64,000 nucleotides of DNA from Lama glama (GCA_028534125.1 CM052817.1:43154001-43218000); one strand, 5' to 3'. Positions 24,681-39,119 are shown, counted from the stretch's first letter. A program made the numbers and translations. The notes: a model not told the origin generated them from the sequence alone.

Positions 24681-27600
24681 AGAATTGAAGACGTATATAG
24701 TATGTCAGATTGAGGTAAGTGCTATGGAGGAAAAGAAAGGCAGAAAAAAGGACTAAGGATTGGACTATTATTATATAGTGCCATCAGGGAAATTCTTGTC
24801 TTATTTATAATGGTGAACAATCACACTGTAACATGTTTAACTGTAAATTTTCCAAAGGTAATTATAATTCTCAGTAAAAGACTATGGCTGAAGAACAGGA
24901 AATTGCTACCTTTTTCTCCACTGTGATGCATGTGACTAATGGCATTCAAATGTGTTACACACTCCCATAAGTGGGCCAGTGACCAGTGAGACTTCTGGTG
25001 TCCTATGTGTAATTCCTGGTACCTGGCTCTAAGTCCCTTGTTCTCACTCACTCAGGAAAAGCAACTCAATTATCAATGAGAATGAGTGGGAATGTGTATT
25101 ATTGTGATAGTCTTAAATCTGAATATGCGTGTAAGATATGTCATTTAAAAATGTAGTTCTTTATTGCTTGCAATATATAACTAATTTCAACATTTGCATA
25201 TTGAATCATTGGCATTGAGAGTAATAGTAATTGCATGTGTATAGTAATGTCTAATTGGTGGCTCACAAACCTATCCATTTCTAAGAATACGCAATTATGA
25301 CATTGATCTTACAAGTAAGGAAGTTGAGTCAAAGGGCAAAAGTTATAGTCAATAGTTTTAGAATAGTTTCAGATGAATACTTTTGATGAATACTTCAACA
25401 GAAGCTGAAATTTTGGCATTAAAGTAAACAAATACTCAGTAGACTGGATGACTGAGTTTTGCAACCTGAGTGGGCAAATTTCTCTGGCTTAAAATTTAAA
25501 TAAATCAACTGTTATTCTATTGCTACTCAGTATTACTACTCACTGGTTCAAAACATTTCAAAAGAGAAAATATCAGGCAAATACTGCATACAGCCAAACA
25601 AAGCCCAAGGGAAAATTCCTCACCACAGGAATTCTTTTTGATGCAATGAACATTTATGAAATGTCCGCTATAGAATAAACCTGTGCTGTGCACTGAAGAC
25701 CAAAGAAAGAATTAAGACAAGGTCTTTGCTTTCTATTGATTTAAAATGGATCAGTTTTTATTGATTGATACACAGTCCACCAGTGTTAGCCTTGATAACC
25801 CCTATATGGTAGATGTATTCATGAGATTATGTAATTAGATCTTGGCTTAGAAATTTTCAGGAGGCAAAAAAAATCCAATAAAGTGAATACACCAAATAAG
25901 TCATTTCCATTTGAGGGGATGAGTGAAGTGTGGGACAGGGGTTTAAGTGAGGAATCCTTTGGCCCCATACTTGGTGGAGTCTTTGAATTCAACTGATCAT
26001 CACTTCCAGTCCCAAGTCCTAGTTTCACCTAGTGGCTTCTATGAAATGATTCTCCAAGTGTCAGTGGTCCCATCCTTCCTAGTGTCACAAAATTGGTGCT
26101 TAATACATTTTTGCTGAACAAATGAAGGAATGAGTCCAGCATCCCAGCTGGGAGGTAATTCTCCAAGATTCTGCAAATCAAGTTCAAAATCTGCCTGATG
26201 CTTTCATGTCCATGGGCTCCTGAATGGGTGGCTGCCCCTGTGCAGATGACCACGGGAGCTACATGCTCAGGCTTGTGGCCCTCTGTGCATACCACCTCTT
26301 CACAGAGCTCCAGGAAATCTCCATTTCTGAATGTGATGCCTAACCAGGATTAATGCTTGGTAACTGCTTGAACTTCTGCAGATAATGTAGCTGCTTGGCA
26401 GAGATCTAGCCACTGTTAATGTTAAATGGGCAGGTTTGTATAGAATACAATAAAGGGGTAGCTTGAACTTCACTCCTTTCATCTCCTTTTGGCCTTACAG
26501 GCTCAACTTTATGAGTGACATGGATTCTGAAAGTCAGCAATAGACTCAAGTATCTCAAGCATTGTCATCAGGAATTTCAACTTCCATTTTAACTAGGTTA
26601 AGGTAGTTGGGAATGATCTTGGATCTCTAATTAACGAAGAGGCATCTTACCCAGGTCTCTACATTTTCAGGAATCTAATTCAGTTTGATCATGTTTCTCA
26701 TGCAAACCCAAGCCATGATGGAAAACTCCTCAATTTGATACCTGAGTTCCCACTGTAATAGGTCATATCTTGGTCTACAGGGTAGATAAGGGATTCTCTG
26801 AGGTGCCACCTCAATGCTTGCCTTTCAGAAGTGTTAGATGGACATTTTTAGCAAATTTGGCTTAGAGATGTGAGTTATAGCGCTATTTCCTGAAGCTTAC
26901 GGCTGGGTCCACAGAACACCAGTCTGTTTCTGTTCCCCCACCCTCCAAAAAGTAATTTAAATGACTGCTCACCCATTTTTCTTCTAGTCAACAGGAAATG
27001 TCAATTAGGGGTAGATAAATACTTGGAAATGCTGAGCATATCCTTTAGAATTTATTTTAATTCTTGGAAGTGTGTTTCAGGGCAAGCTAAGAGAGCTATC
27101 TGCAAGGTCACTGTGGCTGATAAGAATTCCACCTCCCTCTCTGAAGGTGACAAAATTCTGGACATAGTTGGGTTCACTGGTGGCAAAAAGGCTGAGAAAT
27201 GTAAAATGTTTTCAAATGTTGAGAGTTTGGAAGAATACCAAATGAATGATACTAATTCTTAAGACTTAATCACTGTGTATATTATGTCTATCTTAGTATA
27301 TTTGCACATTTTCATATTACATCTATATTTAACGGCAAGCACCCTGAGTTGATCAAAATAGATCCTTACAAGGGTTATTTCATGGTTAAGCATCTTCACA
27401 GGTCTTCCATGTTGATTTCCAGAACAAGAAAATATGCATGTTGCCCATGTTATGAGGAGCAATATAGAATCAGGGATTCATTCATTCTTTTAGTACTTGA
27501 CTATTTGTTGAGTGCTTACTATGTACAAGGCACTGAGTTGAAATTGACTGTATTTTGGAGTCTTGTTTTCTATTTACTGTCCTTCATTTGTCATAGATGA

Positions 27601-28034
27601 TTAAGTTGGCTGAGCTGAAATTTATCACACGCAGATACTTCACTGGTTTGATCAGGCTGCATTTTCCTGTGTCTGCATTAGCAATAATGGCTATGTTATG
27701 TCTTGCTCTAAGTAAACATTTCTGAGTGCTAGTGAAATGCAAGTATTTAGAATTTTAACTCAGACACTACCTCTAAGTCTTATTTATTAAAAAGAAGATA
27801 AACCTTAGGTCTCTTTTTGCTTGGCCTTCTAGGATTTTATGATGTTAGTTTATAAATGCTGATGATGAAGGGAAATATTTTTGCAAAGTTCTAGGGAGCC
27901 TTTGGTGAAATGAAGTAGGTGAAATTTATCTTTTGTACTTCAGTTCCCCTGACACCTTTCTCTCTGTCTTTAGCACCCATACCTCCCACAAAGCCCTCAA
28001 TATCCCTGCCCTAAATGGGAGGAGTAAGGAGGAC

Positions 28035-28230
28035 AAATCACAGTTCTGCCACTCGATAGCTATAAAACCTTGGTTAAGTTATTTATCCTCCAGTCTTGAG
28101 ATTCCTTGTCTATAAAATAAGGATTATCACAGTGCATTCCTCATATGGTCCTTGTGAAGATTACATAAAATACTGAATTGAAGCACTTAGCACATGTACA
28201 TATTAAAGATTAACAAAAAGTTGCTAGTTT
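28035..28230 (+). mobile_element. MIR SINE
   Basis: ccttggttaagttatttatcctc...tctataaaataagga...gtgaagattacat...aagcacttagcac. Confidence 0.7.
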
Positions 28231-29194
28231 TTTATTCTGCTAAGTAAAGACATTAAGGAAAAAACACAAGCTCCATCTACCACAATTATTTCATAAAAGA
28301 AGCTACATGGTGCCATCCAAAAAGGAGAACAGGATCTCAGAATCTACTATTTTAATTTAAAAAGTTACTACATTGTCCTTGATGCTCATATTTCATCATA
28401 AATTAATGAAAACTTCACCTTGGACCAACTTTAATCTGTAGACCTGGGCTTAAAAACCACTGCGATGACATTTCCAATTCTCTTATTCATCAAAATTTAC
28501 CTACTGTGGTCTCATCCCCTTGAAGCCCAGTTCTCTTTCTCACATTGCAGCTCACTGGTTTGCAGTGAATGCTAATGGATAAATGTGTTCATTTTTTTGA
28601 GAATATATTTATGTTCTAATATAGGGGGCTTGATCCAAATAAGTGATAGTAGTGGTGAGAATTCCAGACCAGTTGGCAATTCTAGGGGAAAACTATCTGG
28701 GTGCAGGTGTCCTTTTCAGCATCCTGAAAGTCCACTTGCTTTGTATATGTACACGGCTGGCCCTGCACTCAACCTTTCTTGCATTTAGGAAAGTTATACC
28801 TGCCATGGATAGGCTGGGCCTCTGAGTTGTTTCCCCAGCAGCACCTGCGGGCCACATTGAACTTTAGGGATCATTGTAAATGGAATTATGGTGAGAAAGT
28901 TTTCCTGATTGTATTTCAATTTATGCCACTTCTCCCGATCAAAACTTATCCTTAGTAGATCTTTGACCTATCATGACCCTAATGGAAAAAGAACTTACTG
29001 GGGTTAGGTTTCTTCTAAGGATTAACACGAATGAGGCACATCTTGCCCCAAAGGCTGATCTGCAGAGAGCTGGCTGCTCGAGGTGCTAAGTAATGGGCTT
29101 CCTCGGGAACAAAGGCAGCAGCACTAACGCCAACAACTGGGTTTCATTTTGAAAAGCTGCAGCGGTATATGGGCAGTACAGCATACAGTCCACT

Positions 29195-29440
29195 GCGGTA
29201 CAACAGTGAAGAGTGTGGGTCTGGGGCCAGAAGACCTTGATTCAAACCTGAGGTTGGACATCTATCAGCTGTGGAAAGTAGTCGATCTCTCTAAACTTCA
29301 GGTTCCTGAAAATGGGTTAAAAATAGTATCTACATCACAAGCCTGTTCTAAGGATTAAACAGGTTAACTCATGTGAAACGCTTTAGCACAGTGCCTGCCC
29401 ATGGTAAGCACTTGGTTAATATTAGCTTTGTATTATTATG
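29195..29440 (+). mobile_element. MIR SINE
   Basis: gtgaagagtgtgggtctggggccagaagaccttgattcaaacc...gtgaaacgctttagcacagtgcctg. Confidence 0.75.
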
Positions 29441-30088
29441 TGCACTGTAACAGGATGTGCCCACTCTTCTGCTGGCTTCATTAACCACTCATACTAAGTA
29501 TATTTACTGTTTTAGTCAGAACATACTCTGAAATTACAAAATATGCAAACTCAGGTCCAGACCTGAGCAAATGCAAGGCATATCTTGGAGTTCCCCTTTT
29601 AATAGGTTCCACCGAAATATCCCAGCCTTTACTGAACTTTCTTTTACTTCCTCAAATCACCTCTCACTTCTCTTTTGTTGCTAATGTCAGTCCTGTCTCA
29701 CTCAGACTGTTTCTGAGAGAGGACTTCCTTTGTTGTTGTTTTTGGTGTGGGGTATTGTGATGATGGCAGACTCTTTCACTTGGGTTGTCTAGTGGGTGGA
29801 ACATCTCAATCCACATTGTTTCTAAAGAGTGATGCTCAACAAGTTGGTCTTGAGTGGCCAGATTTCACAAAATTACAGCCAAATTTCAATTATCCACATC
29901 AAAAGGTTGTTGGTACAGATAACAGAAAATTACACATTCTAAAATTGTGGTTAACCATCCAGCAGGGTTGAACCAAACTTCTATATATACTCAGTGGCAT
30001 TGCCAACTGGGTTAAAGGAATGTAGTCACCCTATAATCTCCTCGAAACCCTATTCTTTGATATGGACACTTGACAGAGTCTTGATTTT

Positions 30089-30940
30089 ATTTCTTTATTT
30101 TTATTTTTTTTTACACTTTTTATTGATTCATAATCATTTTACAGTGTTGTGTCAAATTCCAGTGTTCAGCACAATTTTTCAGTCATTCATGGACATATAC
30201 ACACTCATTGTCACCTTTTTTTCTCTGTGATTTATCATAACNNNNNNNNNNNNNNNNNNNNNNNNNNNNNNNNNNNNNNNNNNNNNNNNNNNNNNNNNNN
30301 NNNNNNNNNNNNNNNNNNNNNNNNNNNNNNNNNNNNNNNNNNNNNNNNNNNNNNNNNNNNNNNNNNNNNNNNNNNNNNNNNNNNNNNNNNNNNNNNNNNN
30401 NNNNNNNNNNNNNNNNNNNNNNNNNNNNNNNNNNNNNNNNNNNNNNNNNNNNNNNNNNNNNNNNNNNNNNNNNNNNNNNNNNNNNNNNNNNNNNNNNNNN
30501 NNNNNNNNNNNNNNNNNNNNNNNNNNNNNNNNNNNNNNNNNNNNNNNNNNNNNNNNNNNNNNNNNNNNNNNNNNNNNNNNNNNNNNNNNNNNNNNNNNNN
30601 NNNNNNNNNNNNNNNNNNNNNNNNNNNNNNNNNNNNNNNNNNNNNNNNNNNNNNNNNNNNNNNNNNNNNNNNNNNNNNNNNNNNNNNNNNNNNNNNNNNN
30701 NNNNNNNNNNNNNNNNNNNNNNNNNNNNNNNNNNNNNNNNNGACCATTTTAACAATATTGATTCTTCCAATCCAAGAGCATGGAATATCTTTCCATTTTT
30801 TAAAGTCTTCTTTAATTTCCTTCATCAATGGTTTATAGTTTTCTGTGTATAATTCTTTCGCCTCCTTGGTTAGATTTATTCCCAGATATTTTATTACTTT
30901 GGGTGCTATTTTAAAGGGGATTGTTTCTTTACTTTCTTTT
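30089..30940 (-). mobile_element. Young 5'-truncated L1 with perfect TSD, spanning the assembly gap
   Basis: T-rich tail at ~30089-30112, then L1 3' UTR; ORF2 peptide [44 protein letters not shown] repeated at 30073-30090 and 30941-30958. Confidence 0.93.
30242..30741. other. Assembly gap (exactly 500 N)
   Basis: Directly visible. Confidence 1.
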
Positions 30941-32059
30941 ACAGAGTCTTGATTTTATGTAAAGTGCTGAGAAATTACAACTTTGGGTCCTTTCTTCCAA
31001 TGAGGTGGTGGCAACTATATTCCTGTAAATTGTGAATTCCCAAGCTGGCTCTGTCATAGGTCTGGACCTATCTCAGGCAATGCATCAACCATGTGGACAA
31101 GCCATGATGCCTACGACTAATCTCCAATGCACACACTCCAGAGAGTAATCAGTGTTCTCTCTTGTAGTAGGACGATGCCTGCTCTATCTTCCCAGAGCTG
31201 GCTTCAGCGCGTTAAGAGGAGGAAAGTGAAGCCTGAGGCAGTGCATTTCAACAGTGGAATGCTGAGATTGTTATTCATGTCTTCTTTACGTGGTCTCCTC
31301 TAGTTTTCAACACTGATTTTATTCCCTGTAGTCCTACAGAACAAATCTATTCTTCGTTGAATATTTGGAGAAAGATATTGCATCCTGCCTGGTATTGCCA
31401 TTAAGAACTGTGTGACCTTGGCCAGTTCTATTATCTCTCTGAGATTTTTTTTTTTTTGCTTTTTAAAAAAATTCTAGAAAGGAGGGAATTGGACTAGGTG
31501 ATCTTTAACAGATCCTTTAATTTTAATATTATATAATTCTATGAAAAATCTCTTTTGATGCCAGTATAGAATGGTCTGTTCACTACATACTTTATCCTAT
31601 ACCACACAATGTGCTTACCATACATAATATCAAAGTTCTCATACTGTACCTATGGGGCAATTACTTTTATTTACAAGTGAGGAAACAAAGCATCAAAGAA
31701 ATTAAGTAAATCATGTTCTGAGTTTCTGATACCAGCCTTCTGCTCTAAGGTAGTTTTCGTCTCCATCTTATAGTCTCTTGGGAAATTAACTTTAAAATCT
31801 CTGAGCTTGGTTGCTTAACTGTGAAATGGGTTTGACAAAAAAACAAGTTGACCTTCAGTTCAGCAAACAAGCTATTACATTTTGTGGTCACTGCCATGAG
31901 ATGTGGCGAGGCGGCAGGGATTCATTTTTGGAGAGCTGGGCCTAGGCTCATCCAAGCAGGGTAAAGGTTTGGAAGTTGATATGAAATTAGCACCAGAATT
32001 CATAAGCCTGTGAGCCTCTCACCAGTTCTTAAAAAAACCTAAAGACATAATTATACAAA

Positions 32060-32310
32060 AGCAGTCATTCCTCTAGCATTCGATCACAAGGGCCTGCTAT
32101 GTGCCAGGTATCGGATTGGTCGCTTTTTTAATTTCTCAGAAGAGCTCTGTGGAGTACCAGTTAGTGCATGTATAATTATCTTCATTTTATATAAGATGAG
32201 ACTGACACTAATTGTCAATAAATGACTTGCTCAGCCAGAAAGTGGAAGATGGGAATTAGAGCCAAGTCTTCTGGGCTCCAAGTTGCAGATCTTTCCACTC
32301 TGCCAAAGTA
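32060..32310 (-). mobile_element. MIR SINE
   Basis: ctgctatgtgccagg...attatcttcattttatataagatgagactga...gacttgctc. Confidence 0.65.
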
Positions 32311-33394
32311 TGTATCAGTCCACACTCATTCCCCAAAATGCTTTTCCAAAAAGGATGCCACAGTCACCTACTGATTCAGCACACCGTGGGATCCCTTAGA
32401 GGTTCGTAGAACTTAGAACATTCAAGGTGCCCAGAAAATTCTGGAAGGAAAATGTGTTAAACAATTTCTTTTCTAAATTTCTCTAAACTTATTTTCAAAG
32501 TCAATTTTTTAATTCAATTAACACATGTTAGTACCAAGAGAAATAAAATCCTATATACCTCTTTGAGAAATACTGTACCACACCAGGCTGTTAGAAAGTA
32601 ACTTCTATAGAAAATACTTGTCATCATAAACTATCCTTTCTCATCCTATTGAAAACATATGCATTTTCCCATGAGTTAACTGGTAGTTCTCATGAGCCGT
32701 AAGTCTGGTGGTTTTAGCGATTCAACAAGCTTCCTGGCTCTTTACCTAAGAGAACAGAATATCGCTGTAGAATTCCACACACAAGAATACCATGTGGGAA
32801 TATCAGAAAAGTACATAAATAAGTATTGCATATTCTTATGGTACATATTCTACATTCTGAGTTTATTTATGTACAGAACATACCATTTACCCCTTCCCCA
32901 AATTCCTGCTTTACATTTTTATTCTAATGTGAATGAAAGAAAAGAATTTTTTTGAGACATTACAGAGAATTTTGTGATTGCTTGACTCTATTAATGATGC
33001 CTGGCACATTTTAAAACTAGGATTGGAAATCACTGGACATGGTAATTAAGTTGGGTTTGGCCATGAAATTAATTTCGAAATTCAACTCTTTGGTTCATTG
33101 CTTATTTTTAAGATCTGTGTGCCAATTCACACTGGTTCTGTGGCAGGCTTTAACATTTTTAAAAACTAATTTTTTAATTGGTAACCAGGTGTCAACAGCA
33201 ATCTTAGAAAATTCTTGGTGAAATTCATTGTTTGGGAAATGAAATATAACTTTCAGATGGTGACACCCACAGAGTGACCAAACTGGGGCTATGCATTTTA
33301 TTGAAAGTAACCAGAACATAAAAGGTAGAAATGCAAAGTAATTAATTGCTAGAATGTATGTAAATATAACTTGCTATTTGTCAGTCATATATGC

Positions 33395-33910
33395 TATTCA
33401 AATTACCTATTGCTATATTACAAGGTACACCAACATTTAGTGGATTAAAACAACAAAACTTTTAATATGTATCATAATTTTGTGAGTCAGGATTTTGGAA
33501 AGGGTTTAGCTGGGTAATTCTTTTCCTCAACATACTGGTAACTGAATTGGTTGTGAGGATCCACGATGGCTTTGCTTACATGCCTGGGGCCCTGATAGGA
33601 TGGCTTCAGGGCTGGGCTCAGCTGAGCCCTTGTTCCTCTTCATGTGGTTTGGGGACCTCTCTGGGTCCCTGGGTGATTGGATATCTTATTCTCCAACAGG
33701 ATAGTTGGACTTCTTTCTCAGCTATTCAGGGCTCTGAGTGTGTTACCAGAGACAGAAAATGAAAATGATTGGACTTCTAAGGCCTGGGCTTGGAAACTGG
33801 GAAAGGTCGCTTCCATTATCTTCTATTAGGCAGAGAATCTGAGAAAGCATGGAGCCCAGATCTCAGTAAAAGTATCAGAGGAATTGTGGCCATCATTAAT
33901 CTGCAACATA
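33395..33910 (-). mobile_element. MLT1 (ERVL-MaLR) solo LTR
   Basis: tattgctatattacaa...tttagtggattaaaacaac...tgtgagtcagga...cttccattatcttctattaggcag. Confidence 0.75.
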
Positions 33911-34701
33911 GGCCAAAACTCTCTGGCAGAAAGCTTTGTGTTATGAAGGAAAAGAAAACAAACTCTCTTGTGAACTTTCGAACGGGTTAGTGCTTTGATA
34001 CATAAGTCCTTTTATTCATAAAGCCAAAGTGATGCTGTACTATAAAAAGGTATGCAATCTAGCACATCCATATCAAGTGTTTTTGTAGAAGAATTGTATG
34101 TTAGTTCTGATTTTGCATTTGAGCATTTCCTTTGTCATCCTAAGCCTCTTGCAAGCACTTGCAAGCACTTACAATCCATTCCGTCACTCCTTTGCTATGT
34201 GCTCTTACTAGCCATGTTAGCTAATGTTTGAGAACTATCTCCAAACAAGCACCAAAATAAGCAACAAGATGCAGCAAACCTGCCAATACCAATGACTCCA
34301 TGATCAGCATGATGCTGGCTGCTCCTCACTGGTGCTGGTGGAGCTGTGCCTTTTCGCCCAGCAGAGCTCTGTTTTTTAATTTGGGGTCTATCTTTGTTCC
34401 CATCTATGAAGATTTACAAGTTCTAAAGTACTTTAGAAGACTTTCAATGTGAAATTTTATTTGGATGAGGCCGAAGGCACCCAGTGGAGACTCTTTCTCC
34501 GTCAGCCCTTTTGTTTGACTCGTCTCTCCAACAGCCCTTTCTTCAAATGTGATCCCTCTCGCTTAATAGATCTCTACTAAAAATCATATCTGAATGTAAA
34601 TAATGATTTCTTTTCATGTAAATAAGATTTCTTTTCAGGGAGATAAATATACAAACATTCTTCAGTGAATTTTTTCTTTACAATCAAACAGTAAGATGGA
34701 G

Positions 34702-34924
34702 CAGGGATTGGCAGGCTACCGGCTGAGGGTCAAATCCAGCCAGTGGCCTGTTTTTGTAAATAAAGTTTAATTAGAGCACAGCCACACTCGTCTGCTTACA
34801 TAGTGCCCATTCTTGCTTTCATTCTACAAGGGCAGAGTGGATTAATTGTGCCAGAGACTGTATGGCAGGCAACGCTTAAAATATTTACTATCTGATCCTT
34901 TATAGAAAATGTTGTTGATGCCTG
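34702..34924. mobile_element. MER58A hAT-Charlie element
   Basis: cagggattggca...cctgtttttgtaaataaagttt...aaaatatttactatctgatcctttatagaaaatgttg...cctg. Confidence 0.85.
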
Positions 34925-35429
34925 TGATAGTGTAATTTCTTTGGAATTTTCTTAGGAAACTGATTTGTTTTTGCTTGTTTTAAATATGCTTATTTTGTTG
35001 TGGGTAATGAAAGATTGAACAAATCACAGCTTTTTAGTCTCATGGATAAATAGACAAATGAACTTTAAAGAAACATTGAATCTGCAGGGATAAAAGGGCC
35101 CTCCACTGAACTGCGTTTCATCTCACTTCTTTTGCTGCTGATCTGACTTTTGTAATTTACTGAGTAACTGGAAACAAAGGCAGCCTCAGAGCTAAGGCAC
35201 ATGAGTGTGCAGGAACAAATGAGTCAGATGAGGGAAGTTATGGATGTAGTGGCTGAATTCGTGTCAATTTAGCCCCTCTGCACTGCTTTTGAACACTTGG
35301 TTCTGACTCATATTGTAATTGAGCATAGAGAAAACTCTGGGGAGATCCCTGGACCATTTAGAAGGAAATATATGTACTTGTCTAGCTCCTGTACTTGTTA
35401 GACTACTCTCTGTCTACATATGAAAACAG

Positions 35430-35950
35430 GTGGTTGGTAACACCCAGTGTTGGCTAGGGCATTGGCAAACTAGCCTTCTTATCGCTGTTTGTGAGAGTAT
35501 AATTTATTTCAATGTTTCTAAAAGGCTAAATGTTTATCTTTGAATTCTAGTGCTAATATTTCCCTAATTATAGTGGAAAGGAGATATATAAATTTATTTG
35601 CAAAGACATTTATTTGTAGTTGTATTTATAATAATAAAACATTGGCAACAATTTATATATCATAAGAGATTAAATGTAGTTGAATAAAGGAAAACTGCAT
35701 ATAATATTGAGGCGGGGGAAACAAGTGACAAAATAATGCACACAACTTTAGCCCAATTTTATGTGAGCATATGCATAATTTATGCATAGAAAATTCCAAA
35801 AGACAAACCGTTTTAAAAAGGGTAATTATATTTAAACAATGGCTTTATGGATAACTTTATTTTGTACTTTGGATTTCTTCATATTTTCCATAAGAAGCAT
35901 ATATTACTTTTGTGATTAAATAAAATAACAACAGATGTTTATTTAAAAGG
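35430..35950 (+). mobile_element. Highly decayed L1ME-type 3' fragment
   Basis: ggtaacacccagtgttggctaggg...catatattacttttgtgatt. Confidence 0.5.
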
Positions 35951-37899
35951 CCACATTATGGATTTTAAAATATCCTCAACTAATCAACTATTTACCTCAC
36001 CTATGTGATTGAAAGGAAAATAAAGAGGCTTTTATTGATTTCATGGAATTTACTTTGTTGTCTGAATCCATGTAATTAAATGAATACTTATAATTATGTA
36101 GGCTTAGCCATGAGTTTCCATTTTTCTGTGTCTCCTAGAAATTGATACAAATTTTGAAGTGGGGTCTATCCTATATCCCTTTCCTAAATGTACAAATCTT
36201 TCAGCTAAAGCAAAACATATTTCCCCAGAACTAAAGATTTAGCCACATCGTTTCACTTCCTAATAAGAATTTCTAATTTAATATTTATATTATTTAAGTT
36301 CTCATGCTGCTCAATTATATTTATGGAAAGCATGAGTCTCAAAGAAAAGTATGAAGGTTAAAAACCCAAGAACAATCTTTCAAAATGTAATACGTATTTT
36401 CTCTTGAGTATTATGCTTATAAAAAGTGGTGCCACAGCAATTGTTTGCTTCAATCCAATCCAAGACTTGCTTCCCTCACCAGATGATCAAGTCAGTTTCA
36501 GCAAAGAGTTTAACCCTATAGGCTCCCTTGTTCCCTGGCCTTGCAGCTGATGCTGCCCGAACAGAAGAGGCCAGAAATGCAACTGTTTGGGGCCAAAAGC
36601 ACCTGCCTGTGCTCTGTAACACAACCAAGATCAATTTATGTCTTACAGGTCAGTGAGCGACCCTGGGATATATTTGGCTTTCAGCCACTGGTAGCTTAGA
36701 AACTTCGCATTCTACCTCCCACTTTTGGGTCCCTTCGCTCTCCCTTCAGTCACTACTGATCACGTTGTTTAGAATTTAAACAAATATTTTCTATTAATCT
36801 AGCTACAAAATTGATTCCTTTCTAATGAAAGGCTCACAGAAGCTGTGTGAAATCAGAATATAAGCAGAGTAATCCAGCAACTGTGAAAGAAAATAGGATA
36901 TCTTCAACAACAGGTGGTAGAGCAGATTGCTTTATAGGAAGTATTAATATTCATTAGGAAAAAGATAATCTTAGCTTTAGCCAAAAAGGTAATCAAGAAC
37001 ATTGTGCACCAATGCAAAGTTTTCTATACTCCCAGTCGTGCTAGATGTCCAAACAAAACTTTTAGACTTTATAGTAGAACTTGCCAAAAATTATGAGAAT
37101 CTCAAATTTTGGGCTATCTGGCTTGTTTTGACTGAAGCTCTTTTTTTTTTTCATTTGCATTGAGAAAAATAAAGCAGTAATTATATCAGGTGTTGATCTG
37201 TGCTGGACTAGATTTGAAATTAATGCTGATAGGTGAAATTTTTAAACTTGCATTTTTTACAACCGTATTTCAAAGCTTTTCACAAGTGTTGCAAATGAAC
37301 TTATAGATCTCTTGTATTTTAAGACATTTTGATTTTCATTTACATTACATGCAATAAGAATCTCACAGAGGAAACAAAATATTACTGTTAGAGTTCAAGG
37401 TGAAAGAGCCAGTATTTGCCATTTAGTTTCAATATATACACTTACTAGTTCATCATTTTTGCCGCTTTATACACCTTGAACAAATCCTTACTAATCATGC
37501 ATTTGGTTTCTGATGGATGAAAACAAGGAGAAAGAAATTTTCTTGACAAAGATTCATATCTTAATTGTTTCACAGTAACATACCGTCAACATGTTTGAGC
37601 TGTCCAGTTAATTGTGGTTAATTCAAGAAATGAGATCTGATTATCAAATTTATTGTTTCAAATCCTTGGGTTAAAATTCCTTAGTACAACATTGGTTCTC
37701 CCTCACTCTTCTAGAAAGTCTATGAGCTGAATGGTAGCACCAGCTGGTGCATCACAGTGATATCTGAGTGGAGAGTTCTAGAACAAATATTGGAAAGAGA
37801 GAACTAAGGCCAAGAGTCAAGAAGGTTGGAGAAATTTTGAGGAGATAATCACCTGATTTCAGTGAGTTTAAGGCATTTAGTCTTTTAAAATTACATCCA

Positions 37900-38640
37900 G
37901 ATGGATGTTAAGATGCTTTTGGCTATAGTAACAGAAATCCTCACTTGAAATGGCTTAACTGATAGCATTTATTTTCCCATATAACAAAGATTTCAGAAGT
38001 AGGGCAGGATCCAAGTTTGACTGATTCAATGTCTCGATGACGTCATCAAAGATTTACAAGGGAAAGGATAAATTATGAGTTTGGGATTAGCAGATACAAA
38101 CTACTATATATAAAACAGAGAAACAACAAGGTCCTACTGTGTAGCACAAGGAACTATATTCCATTGCTTACAATAAACTATTATGGAAAAGAATATGAAA
38201 AGGAATATATATATATATATCTGAATCACTATGCTATACACCAGAAACTAACACAAGATTGTAAATCAACTATATTTCAATTAAGAAAAAAAAAGATTTA
38301 GATTCTTTGCATCCTCAAGAGAGGCTTTATCCCTTTGTTTTTCTTTGTTGGAAGATGGCTGTCAGCGGTCATTGGGCTACAAATGTTCTTCTATATGTCC
38401 AGAAAAAGAGAAACATTATCCTCTCATCAATCAGATTTTGGGTTAGGTACACACCCCAAACCAATAATAGTAGCCTGGGGAACGCCATACACAGATTGCT
38501 CTAAACTTTTGACTAATCATGATCAGGAGGTGGGGATGGAATCATGTTTCTTTAAAGCACACAGCTGTGTGGGAAAGAGGTTATTTAACGAGTAAATGGG
38601 GAACAGGTGTTGGGGCAGGCAAACAATATTATTGTCTATT
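37900..38640. mobile_element. LTR33-like ERVL LTR interrupted by an L1 tail
   Basis: ttttggctatagtaacagaaatcc...tggcttaa...gatgacgtcatcaaag / gattctttgcatc...aagatggctg. Confidence 0.6.
38057..38291 (+). mobile_element. L1 3' end with 9-bp TSD (AAAGATTTA)
   Basis: gagtttgggattagcagatacaaactactatatataaaa...cacaaggaactatatt...A-tail; TSD at 38048-38056 and 38292-38300. Confidence 0.85.
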
Positions 38641-39074
38641 TCAAGATGCTAAGGTAGTTTGAGTGAGAACACAAGTCAGCAACTTTTGAAACAATCAGAA
38701 GAACAAGAAATACTCAAAACTAGAAAGAAGTTGACCACAAACAACAGACCAATGATCTTGACATCACTTCTAGTTCAGAATCAAAAACTGGTGATGAGAA
38801 GCTGCAGTTGACCAGAATATACACCTCTCACCCCACCAGCTGTGTAAATCCCACGAGCTCCCCTATGTCTGCCCCAAACTTCTCATTCCAGTCACCCTAG
38901 GCCCCCTCCCAAAAAACAAGCTCTCCTCTCTCACTGTCATCCCCAATCCACTACGTCCTTCTTTTTTTGATTCTTTAATTGGAAAACAATCCTCCTACAT
39001 CCTTTATCTTGTCCCCATATGCGTTCTTTGCAACCTGATGTATTTGAAGAGCCAGTTTTTGTTCAGTAGTTGTG

Positions 39075-39075
<1 letters not shown>

Positions 39076-39119
<44 letters not shown>

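Noticed and set aside
24884..24970. 28-codon ATG ORF MAEEQEIATFF... with a good Kozak context
   Set aside because: Length expected by chance; no promoter or homology support.
30149..30838. 195-229 aa ORFs
   Set aside because: Artefacts of translating through the N gap; only the short L1 ORF2 piece is real.
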